DNA from: an uncultured Thermodesulfobacteriota bacterium
GTDB taxonomy: Bacteria; Desulfobacterota; Desulfarculia; JACQYL01
Assembly (NCBI GenBank): GCA_964597345.1
Contig: CAZQXK010000001.1
Coordinates: 94,777-158,776, forward strand
DNA length: 64,000 bases
Direction: 5' to 3'
In this document: positions 1 through 9,593 of the stretch, one piece after another
Layout: the number at the start of each line of letters is the position of its first letter
Numbering within the stretch: position 1 is the first letter of the stretch
Translations under genes and position numbers: made by a program
Notes under the pieces: generated by a model
What the model was told of the DNA's origin: nothing
Databases searched by the model: none
Seen by the model: the letters and a program-made list of their open reading frames with translations, nothing else

Positions 1-2
1 CC

Positions 3-161
3 TTGAACCATCTCAGGAACGATCATGAATTCCTGCTCAAGGGGGATGTATTCACCATGGACGTCATCGACACCTGGATCAATTACAAACTGAAAAACGA
101 AGTGACCCAGGTGGAGCTGCGACCCAATCCCTGGGAGTTCGCACTGTACTTCGACATCTGA
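3..161 (+). CDS. glnA: glutamine synthetase type I, 3' end (5'-truncated by window start)
   Basis: Frame-3 translation [52 protein letters not shown] aligns with the conserved GSI C-terminus of E. coli GlnA (...[46 protein letters not shown]). TGA at 159-161. glnE follows, consistent with a nitrogen-control neighbourhood. Confidence 0.75.
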   Translation: MNHLRNDHEFLLKGDVFTMDVIDTWINYKLKNEVTQVELRPNPWEFALYFDI

Positions 162-327
162 TCCGTTTCGGCGGAAACCGATGCATCCGGGGGAACGCTC
201 CGCTTCGGGGGTTCCCCCGTTGTTTGGAGGGAAGCCGGCGGTTGTGGTATGCTCGGGCTTTGCCGGAGAAATCGGATTCATACCGGTGGTTCGTTGGAGA
301 TATCGGCATGCCGAAGGATGGGGAGAC

Positions 328-3300
328 ATGAAACCTCTTGTGGAAGCACTGCGCGCCCTCTGCCCGGATGTGGAGCAAGCGTTTATCGCCGAGCATCTGG
401 CGCGTTTGGGAGACCGCTATTTCGAAAGCTTTTCCCGGGAACGGATAGCGGTTCACATTGCGGGACTCCATCGCCTGAGCGCCAGCCGTCCCGTGGAGGT
501 GATTCTGGAAGAGCGGGGGCCGGATCACGTGGATTGCACCGTGCTGGGGTTCGATTATCCGAGAGTGTTCTCGTTCCTGACGGGGATTCTGGCGGGCACC
601 GGATTCAATATCCTGTTCGGAGAGGTGTTCACCTACAGCCGCGGTGAGGCTCATGGAATGCGGGCGGCCGGGGACACGGAACTCCCGGAGGGTGAGCAGG
701 CGGAACCCCGAGTCCGCCGTCGCATCGTGGATCATTTCTCGGGCGTGGCGCCTGCGGCCCGGCAGTTCGAGTCCTGGGCCGCGGAATTCAAGGAACGCGT
801 GGAGGAAGTATTCCATCTGTTGGAGCAGGGAGATGACGAGTCGCTGAATCGAGCCGCCTCCCGAGTGAACGATCTGGTGATCAAGCGATTGGCCGCGCAC
901 AAGTTGGGAACGGATCGAGTGTTGTATCCCGTGTCTATCGAAATGGACAACGAAAGCGGACCAAACACGCGCATGAAGGTGGTCGGGCAGGATACGTTCG
1001 CTTTCCTGTACATGCTTACGAATGCGCTGTCGTTGCACAACCTGTCCATCGAACGGGTCCGAATCCGAACACCCCAGGGGCGGGTTGAAGACGAAATCGA
1101 GTTCGTGGACTCCCGGGGTCGTAAAATCGAAGATCCGGAAACCATCCGGCAGATCAAACTGTCCGTTCTGCTGACCAAGCAGTTCTCCTATTTTCTGGAG
1201 AAAGCTCCGGATCCGTACGCGGCCGTACGCCGTTTCCGGTTTTTGGTGGAAGACGTTCTGCGGCTGCCCAAGGAAGGACGATGGATGGACCTGTTGTCCA
1301 ATCCGGAAACGCTGAGGGACCTGGCGCGCGTCCTGGGGACCAGCGACGTGCTCTGGGAGGAATTCGTCCGGCTTCAGTACGAAACCTTGCTGCCCATGCT
1401 GGATTCCCAGGTGAACGGTCACCGGTTCAGCACGCCCCCGGAGAGCCTTGCCGAGAAGCTCCGTCGGAGTCTGGAAGGAGCGGAGGACTTCCAAGACCTG
1501 CACAACCGGCTGAACCGGTTCAAGGATCGGGAGATTTTTCTGATCGACCTGGACCACATTCTGGGCGGAATCGATTTCAGGACCCTGTCCAAAAGACTCA
1601 CGCGCTTGGCGGAGCTTGTGGTCAATGCCGCGGTGCAAGCCGTGTACGGGTATCTGGTGGAGCGATACGGTGTTCCCAGAAGCGTGGGGGACCTGGAAGG
1701 CCGTTTCGCGGTGCTGGGCTTGGGCAAGCTGGGGGGGGCGGCCCTGGGATATGCGTCGGATATCGAGATTCTGTTCGTCTACAGCGACAACGGGGCGACG
1801 GATGGAGACCGTTCCATATCGAATTCCGAGTTCTTCGATCGCCTGGTGCGTGAAGTCATTCGATTCATCGAATCGAAACGGCAGGGGATCTTTCGGATCG
1901 ATCTCCGCTTGAGGCCCTATGGAAGCGGAGGCCCTCTGGCGTGCAGCCTGGAAACGTTCTGCCGATACTACGGTAAGGACGGCCAGGCCCACTCGTATGA
2001 ACGCCTGGCATTGGTGCGCCTCCGTGCCATTGGAGGCGATGCGGAACTGGGGTCCCGAATCGAGCGATTGCGGGACGGAATGGTGTATGCGTCCCGGAGC
2101 ATCGATCCGGCCGAAATTCTGGATCTCCGGAAACGGCAATTTGCCGAAAAGGTGAAAGACCAGCGACTCAACGCCAAATTCAGCCCGGGAGGGCTCGTGG
2201 ATCTGGAATACGACGTTCAGATTCTCCAGGTGATCCACGGGCGGAACCTGCCCCGACTCAGGACTCCCCGCATCCATGAAGCCTTGTCCGCGCTGGAGGA
2301 GGGAGGGATCCTGTCCCCCTCGGAAGCGGAACGCCTCACCGCCGCCTATGACTTCCTGCGCAACCTGATCAATGGACTGCGGATGCTTCGGGGGTCCGCG
2401 GAGGATTTGTTTCTGCCGGACAAGGACTCGCTGGAGTTCGGCCATCTGGCCCGGCGCATGGGCTATCAGCGGGGACACGGGCTGGATGCGGCCCAACGGC
2501 TCTATCTCGACTTCGAGACGCACACCGCGGCCGTGCGGGCTTTCGTGGAGCAGCATTTCGGCAGGGATTCCCTTCCCGGCGGGGACACGGGCACCGTGGC
2601 GGACCTGGTTCTTTCCGAGGATATCTCGGAGACGGCCCGCCGGAAGATTCTGGCCGAGGCCGGGTTCCGGGATCCGGAAAGAGCCTACGTGAATCTCCGC
2701 TTTCTGGCCGGAACCGGAAGTTCCAGAACCGTCTTCGCCCGGTTGGCTGTGCTGGCCGCGGACATTCTGGCGGGAACTCCGGATCCCGACATGGCGTTGA
2801 ATAATTTGGAACGATTCATGCGCATGACGGCGGCCGCCGACTACCAGTACAACATGCTGCTGGCGCAGCCCATGCGATTGGAAATGATGTTGACCCTGTT
2901 CGCGGGAAGCCAATTTCTCTCGGATACGTTGATCCGCCATCCCGGTTTTCTGGACTGGCTCATTCTCCCGGAAAATCTGCACGGCGCCAAGGAGAGACCC
3001 GACCTGGAAGACGAACTGGGGGCGTTCCTGGAAGGCGGACCGGGGGAGACGGTGTGGCTGAACGAACTCAGAAGATTCCGCAGAAGAGAGATCCTGCGGA
3101 TCGGCGCCCGGGACATGTATCTGAATGTTCCCTGCCGTCGCATTACCCATGAATTGTCCTGCCTTGCGGAAGCCCTGACGGGCAAAGCCCTGGAGAAAGT
3201 GTGGCGCACCCTGCGGGAAGAAGGGAAGGAGTACGCGCAGGCGCCGGAACCGGAGAACCGCCTCTGCGTCTTCGCCATGGGCAAACTGGGAGGCGATGAA

Positions 3301-4137
3301 CTCAACTACAGCTCGGACATCGATCTGGTGGCCGCCTTCGATGACGGGCTTCCGGCGGGTTCCTCCGCCGCGAAGGCCCAGAGCCCCGACAAGGTCCTCT
3401 TCACCCGCGCCGTGGAACGGCTCCGGGCCGATTTATCCGTGCATACGGAAGCCGGCTATGTGTACCGGGTGGACTTGCGGTTAAGGCCTTACGGAACTGC
3501 GGGCGATCTGGTTCCCTCCCTGTCCGCGCTGATACGCTATTATGAGGAAAAGGCGTCCTTGTGGGAAATCCAGGCGTTGCTCAAAATGAGACCCGTGGCC
3601 GGAAACCTGGAACTGGGACGGGCCTTTCTCCATCGCATGCGACCGGTGATCCTCAAGCCGAGAATCGGGGATCACATTGTTCAGAATATCGAAAGGATGC
3701 GGGAACAAGGAGTCCGGAGGATCGTCCGGAGCGCCGCGCCTTCCACGGATGTGAAGGACGGGCTGGGGGGATTGAGGGACGTGGAGTTTCTGGTGCAGGG
3801 ACTTCAATTGCTGCATGGAGGGGAACACCCGGAGGTGGTCACGGGGAACACCCTGGCCGCCCTGGATGCATTCCGGGCCTCGGCGCTGTTACCCGGGCCC
3901 GTGGCGGAGCAACTGTCTCAGGATTATACCTTTCTCCGGAAAGTGGAGCATGCGCTTCAGTTGTTGGAGGACCGGCAGATCCACGCCATACCCTCCAAGC
4001 CCGCCGAACTTTCGGCTCTCGCCAAGCGGGTGCTGGGTGTCTCGGCGGATGCGGACACGTTTGTGTCGCGATTGGACGAATGCCTGGAGCGGGTGCGGCG
4101 CGCCTTTAAGGAATGGGCGGCGAACCCCGTGGGTTGA
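328..4137 (+). CDS. glnE: bifunctional glutamine synthetase adenylyltransferase/adenylyl-removing enzyme GlnE, with an unusually long N-terminal extension
   Basis: Two nucleotidyltransferase domains, each with a GxGxLGGxxLxYxSDIDL-type motif (GLGKLGGAALGYASDIEILFVY; AMGKLGGDELNYSSDIDLVAAF) and a DLRLRPYG motif (twice). ORF is open from 181. The ATG at 328 has a GGATGGGGAG Shine-Dalgarno-like sequence. Start at 181 not excluded. Confidence 0.85.
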   Translation: MKPLVEALRALCPDVEQAFIAEHLARLGDRYFESFSRERIAVHIAGLHRLSASRPVEVILEERGPDHVDCTVLGFDYPRVFSFLTGILAGTGFNILFGEVFTYSRGEAHGMRAAGDTELPEGEQAEPRVRRRIVDHFSGVAPAARQFESWAAEFKERVEEVFHLLEQGDDESLNRAASRVNDLVIKRLAAHKLGTDRVLYPVSIEMDNESGPNTRMKVVGQDTFAFLYMLTNALSLHNLSIERVRIRTPQGRVEDEIEFVDSRGRKIEDPETIRQIKLSVLLTKQFSYFLEKAPDPYAAVRRFRFLVEDVLRLPKEGRWMDLLSNPETLRDLARVLGTSDVLWEEFVRLQYETLLPMLDSQVNGHRFSTPPESLAEKLRRSLEGAEDFQDLHNRLNRFKDREIFLIDLDHILGGIDFRTLSKRLTRLAELVVNAAVQAVYGYLVERYGVPRSVGDLEGRFAVLGLGKLGGAALGYASDIEILFVYSDNGATDGDRSISNSEFFDRLVREVIRFIESKRQGIFRIDLRLRPYGSGGPLACSLETFCRYYGKDGQAHSYERLALVRLRAIGGDAELGSRIERLRDGMVYASRSIDPAEILDLRKRQFAEKVKDQRLNAKFSPGGLVDLEYDVQILQVIHGRNLPRLRTPRIHEALSALEEGGILSPSEAERLTAAYDFLRNLINGLRMLRGSAEDLFLPDKDSLEFGHLARRMGYQRGHGLDAAQRLYLDFETHTAAVRAFVEQHFGRDSLPGGDTGTVADLVLSEDISETARRKILAEAGFRDPERAYVNLRFLAGTGSSRTVFARLAVLAADILAGTPDPDMALNNLERFMRMTAAADYQYNMLLAQPMRLEMMLTLFAGSQFLSDTLIRHPGFLDWLILPENLHGAKERPDLEDELGAFLEGGPGETVWLNELRRFRRREILRIGARDMYLNVPCRRITHELSCLAEALTGKALEKVWRTLREEGKEYAQAPEPENRLCVFAMGKLGGDELNYSSDIDLVAAFDDGLPAGSSAAKAQSPDKVLFTRAVERLRADLSVHTEAGYVYRVDLRLRPYGTAGDLVPSLSALIRYYEEKASLWEIQALLKMRPVAGNLELGRAFLHRMRPVILKPRIGDHIVQNIERMREQGVRRIVRSAAPSTDVKDGLGGLRDVEFLVQGLQLLHGGEHPEVVTGNTLAALDAFRASALLPGPVAEQLSQDYTFLRKVEHALQLLEDRQIHAIPSKPAELSALAKRVLGVSADADTFVSRLDECLERVRRAFKEWAANPVG

Positions 4138-4259
4138 AGGTCCGCCGCTCTTCGCCTTCCGTTCGGGCGCCCTCGCCCACGCCTTATTTCAGCCGGTGCT
4201 GTTACCGGCCTGTTACGGAAAAACAGCGGAGAACAACGGAAGGAGCCGCCTTTCCGGAT

Positions 4260-5177
4260 TCAGGTCCACCGGATTCCCTGACGGGAGTTCCGGCGTTCCA
4301 GTTCGCGGAGGATCCCGTTTCGCGTGCCGGCTTTGTCCAGGGACCATTCGGGGGCGATCAGCTCCGCGGGGTCCGGGTCGCCGGACAGACGCTGAATCAC
4401 CGTGGACGGAGGAAGCATTTCCATAAAATCGACCACCCACCGTACATAGAGGTCCTGGGGAAGGGGATGGTATTCCCCTGAACGGTGCACCTCTTCCAGG
4501 GGAGTGTTCCGGACGACGTACAGGTGATGGAACTTGATTCCGTCGATGCCGCATCGGGCGCAAAAGCCGGCGGTGTGGAGCACGTGTTCGCGGGTTTCCC
4601 CCGGGAGACCCAGAATCACGTGGGCGCAGACCAGGAGTCCCCGTTGGCGGGTGAGACGCACGGCTTGGGAAAAATCCTCCACCTTGTGCCCCCGCCCGAT
4701 GGCGTTCAGAGTGTGATCCCAGGCGGACTGAAGACCGTACTCCATCCAGATCATCCGGTCGCGGCCCACTTCCCCGATGAGGTCCAGTACGCCCTCGTCG
4801 ACGCAGTCGGGACGGGTGCCGATGCACAATCCCACCACGTCCGGCTCGCTCAACGCCTGTTCGTAAAGGTCCCGCAGAACGGGAAGCGGGGCGTACGTAT
4901 TGGAGAAGGATTGGAAGTAGGCCAGAAACTTGACGGCCTTGTATCGCCTCCGTCCGAAGCGGATTCCCTCCCGCAGCTGCTCGCGGATGGAGGGTTGGTC
5001 TCGGTGTCTCCCGGTACCCGAGCCTCGGGCGTTACAGTAGGCGCAGCCATGGATGCCTTTGGTTCCGTCCCGATTGGGGCAGGTGAGCCCGGCGTCCAGG
5101 GGGACCTTCTGGACCCGGCATCCGAAACGGCTCCTCAGATACGTGTTCAGATCCAGGTACCGCGGGTCGGATTTCAT
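4260..5177 (-). CDS. TIGR01212-family radical SAM protein (YhcC-like)
   Basis: N-terminus MKSDPRYLDLNTYLRSRFGCRVQKVPLDAGLTCPNRDGTKGIHGCAYCN contains the CxxxxxxxxxxCxxC spacing typical of the TIGR01212 family. The start ATG overlaps the upstream stop (ATGA). Confidence 0.7.
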   Translation of the reverse strand: MKSDPRYLDLNTYLRSRFGCRVQKVPLDAGLTCPNRDGTKGIHGCAYCNARGSGTGRHRDQPSIREQLREGIRFGRRRYKAVKFLAYFQSFSNTYAPLPVLRDLYEQALSEPDVVGLCIGTRPDCVDEGVLDLIGEVGRDRMIWMEYGLQSAWDHTLNAIGRGHKVEDFSQAVRLTRQRGLLVCAHVILGLPGETREHVLHTAGFCARCGIDGIKFHHLYVVRNTPLEEVHRSGEYHPLPQDLYVRWVVDFMEMLPPSTVIQRLSGDPDPAELIAPEWSLDKAGTRNGILRELERRNSRQGIRWT

Positions 5178-6046
5178 GGCTCGACGGCGGGCTCCCCGGC
5201 CACCCTGCGGGCCAGTTCCAGAATGGTGTCCGCATAGGGTCCGCTGCGGTTGTAACACAGAAGCGCTTTTCGGCGTTCCGCCCTGTCCATGTCCTTCTTC
5301 CAGCCGCAGGCCGTCAGGATATGGGCCGCGCTGTGCAACGCATCTTCATGGGAGAACAGGTCCACTTTCCCGTCCCCGTCCCCGTCCTTGCCGTAACGCA
5401 GTACATTGGACGGAATGAACTGGGGAATGCCGATGGCTCCGGCCAGGGAGCCCTGGATATCGTGGGGGGTGGAGTTCACGGCCCGGGTATATCCGAGGAA
5501 CGCCACGAGTTCCTTATACGCCCAATCCGATTTCCGGGCGCAGAAGGATTGGAAGTCCTCGAAGGTGGTTTGTTCCCGTTCCTCCGGCTTGAGCTGGTCG
5601 AAGAGATCCTTCATGGTCTCGGGATGATGGGAGACGGACAGGCTGCTCAGGATGTTGAGCACATTGAACCGTCCCGTATACGTACCCAGGCGGGTTTCCA
5701 CCATGAAGAGCGCGGCCAGCAGAGCGGGGGGGACGTGCGTGCGCTTTTCGACGGCCTCCAGCGTCTCCCGGTGTCGATCCACATACTCTCTGCACAATTG
5801 GACCGATGAAGGTTCCAGAAACTGGTTGTAGTTGAGTCTGGATTCGCGGATGGTGAAGTAGCTCAGAACGGGTCTGGGCTCGAACCGCACCGACGGAGAC
5901 TCGTAAACGCCGCGGATGAATTCCTCCTCGAATCCCTCCTGGATCAAGCGGGCCTGCAGGTCGACGAATACGGACCCATAAACCCGGGTCTGTGCGGCAA
6001 AACCCAATGCCAGGAACATCATCGAGGCGGCGATTACTCGGTGCAC
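5174..6046 (-). CDS. lytic murein transglycosylase (MltB/SLT family), secreted
   Basis: N-terminal signal peptide (MHRVIAASMMFLALGFAAQT). Conserved lytic transglycosylase segments (ALLAALFMVETRLG, GAIGIPQFIPSN, DGDGDGKVDLFS). Confidence 0.7.
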   Translation of the reverse strand: MHRVIAASMMFLALGFAAQTRVYGSVFVDLQARLIQEGFEEEFIRGVYESPSVRFEPRPVLSYFTIRESRLNYNQFLEPSSVQLCREYVDRHRETLEAVEKRTHVPPALLAALFMVETRLGTYTGRFNVLNILSSLSVSHHPETMKDLFDQLKPEEREQTTFEDFQSFCARKSDWAYKELVAFLGYTRAVNSTPHDIQGSLAGAIGIPQFIPSNVLRYGKDGDGDGKVDLFSHEDALHSAAHILTACGWKKDMDRAERRKALLCYNRSGPYADTILELARRVAGEPAVEP

Positions 6047-6084
6047 GGCGGTTCTCCTTTCCGGAAGTCGGCGGTTTCCAACGC

Positions 6085-6849
6085 TTACAGGGTGATCGTC
6101 ATCAGGTCTTCGGCGGCGATTATCTCGCCGGCGAAACGGTCTCTACAAGATTGTACCACGTCCACCCGATCACAGGGAGGGTAGAAATGAGTCAACACGA
6201 GCCGGCGGGCCTGGGCCCGGGCGGCGATGTGCGCCGCCAGAGAAGGGGTCAGATGTCCCGGGATGCGCTGATCGTCGGGCATGGAGCAGTCCAGGAAGAA
6301 GACGTCCACGCCCCGGCCCAAATCCACCAGGGAGTCGCATACGTCCGTGTCGCCGCTGTAGGCCATGGTGCGGCCCTTGCTGTCCCGGAGCCGGAATCCC
6401 AAACTTTGGGGTGTATGATCCACGGGTACGGCATGCAACGTCAAGCCCGGCGTCAGGGTATGCCGGCCTCCGGCCTGCGGGAATTCGCGGATGCGGCAGG
6501 TCCCCTGAGCGGGCGCCACCCAGTCCCCGTACAAATCCCGGGCCCGTTGCAGCCAGGCCTCGAGTCCGGCGGGTCCCAGGATCTCGAAGGGTCGGTCCCG
6601 GCGGGGTTGAAGCGGGTTCCGGGAAGCGAACAGAAATGCGAGAAGATCCAAAGTATGATCCGGATGGAAATGGGTGTAACACAGGAAGTCCAATTGGTGG
6701 CAACCGACGCCGATCCGGGACAATTGGCGGAGGGTCCCGGGTCCCGAATCCAGGAGGATGAACCGGTTTTCCGCTTCCACGAGAATGCCCGGAGAAGCCC
6801 TCCGGATTGAAGGTATGCCGGTACCGGATCCCAGGATGGTGATGTTCAT
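6085..6849 (-). CDS. MBL-fold metallo-hydrolase (RNase Z / beta-lactamase-like)
   Basis: Metal-binding HxHxDH motif (THFHPDHTLD). Also ILGSGTG, DSGPGT, YSGDT, and a C-terminal LTHFY motif. Confidence 0.75.
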   Translation of the reverse strand: MNITILGSGTGIPSIRRASPGILVEAENRFILLDSGPGTLRQLSRIGVGCHQLDFLCYTHFHPDHTLDLLAFLFASRNPLQPRRDRPFEILGPAGLEAWLQRARDLYGDWVAPAQGTCRIREFPQAGGRHTLTPGLTLHAVPVDHTPQSLGFRLRDSKGRTMAYSGDTDVCDSLVDLGRGVDVFFLDCSMPDDQRIPGHLTPSLAAHIAARAQARRLVLTHFYPPCDRVDVVQSCRDRFAGEIIAAEDLMTITL

Positions 6850-6992
6850 GAACGCCGTCCGAACTTGGGGTTGCGTGAAGGATGGCCGCAGTCACCGTCC
6901 GAAGCGCCGTGTGTTTTCCATCCCCCGGGGGTCGCGGGTCTGCCTGACGCGCCGGTTCGCCGGCATCGGTTCTGTTGAAGGGCCGGTTCGCC

Positions 6993-7136
6993 GACAAACA
7001 GCTTTGCGGGCAGGCCGGTGAACAACGATGAGATGCCAGGAGCGCGAACCCTGAGGAATGAGGCGTACATAGAGAGTACGCCGCAATGACGAAGGGTGAT
7101 GCGCAACGCCGCGGATCGCGTTTTTCACCGGCCTGC
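6993..7136 (-). repeat. intergenic imperfect-palindromic repeat, copy 1 (about 145 bp family)
   Basis: Shares the core ...TTGCGGGCAGGCCGGTGAA(c/a)AACGATGAGATGC(a/c)AGG(c/a)GCGCGAA(t/c)CCTGAGGAATGAGGCGTACA...GTACGCCGCAATGACGAAGG(a/g)TGA(a/t)GCGCAAC(a/g)C(c/g)GC(a/g)GATCGCGTTTTTCA with the other copies. Coordinates approximate. Confidence 0.8.
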
Positions 7137-7535
7137 TATGCAAGCAGACCCTGGAAGGCGGCCCCAGGTTTATTGGAGGCGGACGATTTTCGGATAGGCC
7201 GGGGAAAAAAGGGGCGCCGAGGCGGTGGGTTTCATACCTGGTCGCTCTATTGTGCAGCCCAGAGTTGCAGCGGTACGCGGCTCGAAGCCCCGTAGTTCCT
7301 CGGTGCGGATCGTTGTTTCCACCGCCAGACGACGGTGCGTGGGGTTCGGTCTTCAGCTACGGACCAACGGCCGGGTTTCCGTGCGCGCTGCTTTGCGATG
7401 ATTGGGTGATGCATACGGGGGATAGGAGGAAACCGCATACCGATTGTGGGTCGCTTTCCGAGTCCAGGCGCCGATTCTATTGCAATCTATCGGATTTCCT
7501 TATATCGTGAAGTCATCCATGGGGAAGGGGGATCC

Positions 7536-7850
7536 ATGAAGAAGGCCGCTACTAAGGAAGATATCATTACGCGCGTCCTGAAAGAACGAGATCGGCTTGT
7601 TTTCTTGGGCGTCATCAGTATTGGATTGTTTGGGTCCTTCGTGCGGGGTGACCAGAAGCTCTCAAGTGATATTGACATTCTGGTGGAATTCAGGCCTGAA
7701 AAGCATACCTTCGATAATTTTATGGAAGTTTCGTTTCTTCTGGAAGCAATCCTGGAGCGCAAGGTGGAAGTGGTTACCCCGGAGGGGCTCAGTCCTCATA
7801 TCGGACCGCACATTCTCAAGGAGGTGGAGCGTGTCCTTCTCATCGGCTGA
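7536..7850 (+). CDS. nucleotidyltransferase-domain antitoxin (MntA-like, minimal NTase)
   Basis: LFGSFVRGDQKLSSDIDILVEF matches the GS...DxD minimal nucleotidyltransferase motif. GGGGAAGGGGGA ribosome-binding site before the ATG. Followed 14 nt later by a HepT/DUF86 partner. GC content is lower than flanking DNA. Confidence 0.75.
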   Translation: MKKAATKEDIITRVLKERDRLVFLGVISIGLFGSFVRGDQKLSSDIDILVEFRPEKHTFDNFMEVSFLLEAILERKVEVVTPEGLSPHIGPHILKEVERVLLIG

Positions 7851-7863
7851 GTAAATCCGCCAC

Positions 7864-8172
7864 ATGCTCGACGAGATAGAATTCATCCTGAGCCGGACTT
7901 TAGATACGGATTACGAATCGTTTGTCAGGGACGAGACCCTCAAGAGAGCCTTTGTCCGAGGTATGGAAATCATTGGGGAGGCTGCGAAGAAAGTTTCTGA
8001 AGATGTGAAAAGGATGCAACAGGATATTGAGTGGCGGAAGGTGTCCGGAATGCGGGACAGGCTGATTCACGACTATTTTGGTGTCGACTACAAGATTGTC
8101 TGGGACGTTGCCACAAACAAACTGCCTGAGCTTCGAATGAAGCTCAATGCCCTGATTGGCATGATGGATTAA
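7864..8172 (+). CDS. HepT-like (DUF86) RNase toxin, partner of the MntA-like NTase
   Basis: RDRLIHDYFGVDYKIVW contains the Rx4HxY HEPN motif characteristic of HepT/DUF86. Size and pairing typical of type VII-like MntA/HepT modules. Confidence 0.75.
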   Translation: MLDEIEFILSRTLDTDYESFVRDETLKRAFVRGMEIIGEAAKKVSEDVKRMQQDIEWRKVSGMRDRLIHDYFGVDYKIVWDVATNKLPELRMKLNALIGMMD

Positions 8173-8334
8173 TGCCGACCATCCGTTCAACCGAACGCGG
8201 AAACAGCGATTTTCTTTTGAATCAGTTCCTGACGGTGTGCGGCGTTGTGTTCGGTGCAGTCGAGAATGGGGTAACAGGGAAGGAGAGTATGTCTCCTACT
8301 GTTCTGTAAACGGGACCGTGGAGAGTCTATTTTC

Positions 8335-8562
8335 GTGAGTCGCGACATACACGAACCGCCTCATGTCCACATCGATCGTGACGTTTTTTCAGCCAAGTTT
8401 GGCTTAACTCGTTGGCCATGGAAAATGTCCTATAAAACACTTTCCAGCAGATCTACTCGTGCCAAAATAATCATACAAACAGTGAGTTATGAAAATGCGT
8501 GTAATGAGAAAAATTTGACTTCTGAAGGTCGTACAGGTTATTTTAAAATAACTTTTTACTGA
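8335..8562 (+). pseudogene. DUF4160-like gene remnant (only the N-terminal motif conserved)
   Basis: GTG-start ORF. HEPPHVHIDRDVFSAKFGL resembles the DUF4160 N-terminal PPHFHxxY signature. The rest is unrelated low-complexity sequence. Lies in the AT-rich island. Confidence 0.25.
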
Positions 8563-8615
8563 GGAGGAGTTCAAAACGACCGGGAATAGCCAGATGATTC
8601 TGGAGGGGGTAGTAT

Positions 8616-8873
8616 ATGAAAGAATTACAAGTCAGATGCCAAACTCAAGATGGTATGTTCAGAGATGAAAAGGTTGTTACAGTTCGAGGAGAATCCGGAG
8701 AAAGAAGTTTTTTTGTTGATAAATCGCAACTAAGTCAAAATTTTGTTAGGGCAGTCGTTTTGCAAGAAGAGGAGTCACGATCTTTTATAGCAATTCCTGG
8801 CATGCCGGCCGATAGCGTCCCTACAAGACTTTGGATAGATAAGCAAAATATAACTTCCAAAAAACAAGTATAA
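8616..8873 (+). CDS. hypothetical small protein (85 aa) in the low-GC island
   Basis: Strong GGAGGGGG Shine-Dalgarno sequence 7 nt upstream of the ATG. No recognisable family. Confidence 0.4.
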   Translation: MKELQVRCQTQDGMFRDEKVVTVRGESGERSFFVDKSQLSQNFVRAVVLQEEESRSFIAIPGMPADSVPTRLWIDKQNITSKKQV

Positions 8874-8897
8874 ACTACTTTTTTGGATTATAAGAGC

Positions 8898-9496
8898 ATG
8901 ATTCTATCTGATGTAGATATTCAAAAGGCAATAGAGAGTGGCAGTTTCAAAATAGAACCGCGTCCTATTTATCCTGATGATTACGATACAACCTCTGTAA
9001 ACCTTCATCTCCATGATGAATTTCTGTCCTGGGAGTTAGATGACATAAAAAAGCGCTTGGTAAATCATTTAGCATACATGTTGGATCCTTCGATTATAGG
9101 ACGTTTGCCGATATTGCTGCTAAGTTAAAGAAGGAAGTCGATTATGAAGGTGCCGTAATCCTGAATCCAGGACAATTTATTCTGGCACAAACAATGGAAA
9201 TAGTGGGCAATAAAGATCCAAGCTGTTGCTTGGCCGCTCGCGTAGAGGGACGGAGTAGTTTGGCCAGGATAGGGCTAATGGTTCATATGACCGCTCCAAC
9301 CATACACGCTGGATTTGAAGGAAAAGTTACCCTCGAATTATTCAATACCGGCCCTATACCTTTACGGATGTGCCCAGGCGACAGCATTTGTCAGTTGATA
9401 ATAGAAAAGGTTAGCAGTCCACCAGGTGGTTCGATGGATGGAACACAGTTCCAGGGTCAGCAATCTCCTCGTGGATGCACACCGTCACCTACATGA
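8898..9496 (+). pseudogene. dcd: dCTP deaminase (dcd/dUTPase-fold), interrupted by one frameshift near 9060-9110
   Basis: N-terminal half in frame 0 (MILSDVDIQKAIESGSFKIEPRP...) ends at TAA 9126-9128. C-terminal half continues in the -1 frame, open from 9050: ...FADIAAKLKKEVDYEGAVILNPGQFILAQTMEIVG...GRSSLARIGLMVHMTAPTIHAGFEGKVTLELFNTGPIPLRMCPGDSICQLI. It aligns with E. coli Dcd ([26 protein letters not shown]...[35 protein letters not shown]). Combined length is about 200 aa, equal to an intact Dcd. Confidence 0.6.
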
Positions 9497-9593
9497 GGTG
9501 TAACAAGGCAGGATGGGGTCATGGCACCCCTAATGGCGGTCGGATGGCGGCCTGCGCGTGCGCTTCCCGCAGCCTCCCGCTGGAAGAACAGGA

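Noticed and set aside
79-3150. 1023-aa ORF on the minus strand covering most of glnE
   Set aside because: Antisense to a confidently identified gene. No motif. Typical long stop-free antisense frame of high-GC DNA. Similar antisense ORFs (for example 4485-5237, 11861-13045, 12682-13824, 14529-16031, 16963-18717, 55237-56556) were rejected for the same reason.
4138-4259. Bidirectional terminator between convergent glnE and the radical SAM gene
   Set aside because: Only short 5-bp stems (CCGGTgctgttACCGG, CTGTTacggaaaAACAG) without a U-tract. Too weak to call.
7240-7310. tRNA-like T-loop (GGCTCGAAGCC) in the 300-bp gene-free stretch after repeat copy 1
   Set aside because: No acceptor, D or anticodon stems could be paired around it. 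Only a 3-bp stem flanks the TCGAA loop.
8883-9128. Treating 8883-9128 and 9194-9496 as two separate small genes
   Set aside because: Together they reconstitute one dCTP deaminase fold. Neither half is a stand-alone domain. The 8883 TTG start lacks a ribosome-binding site, whereas ATG 8898 matches the Dcd N-terminus.
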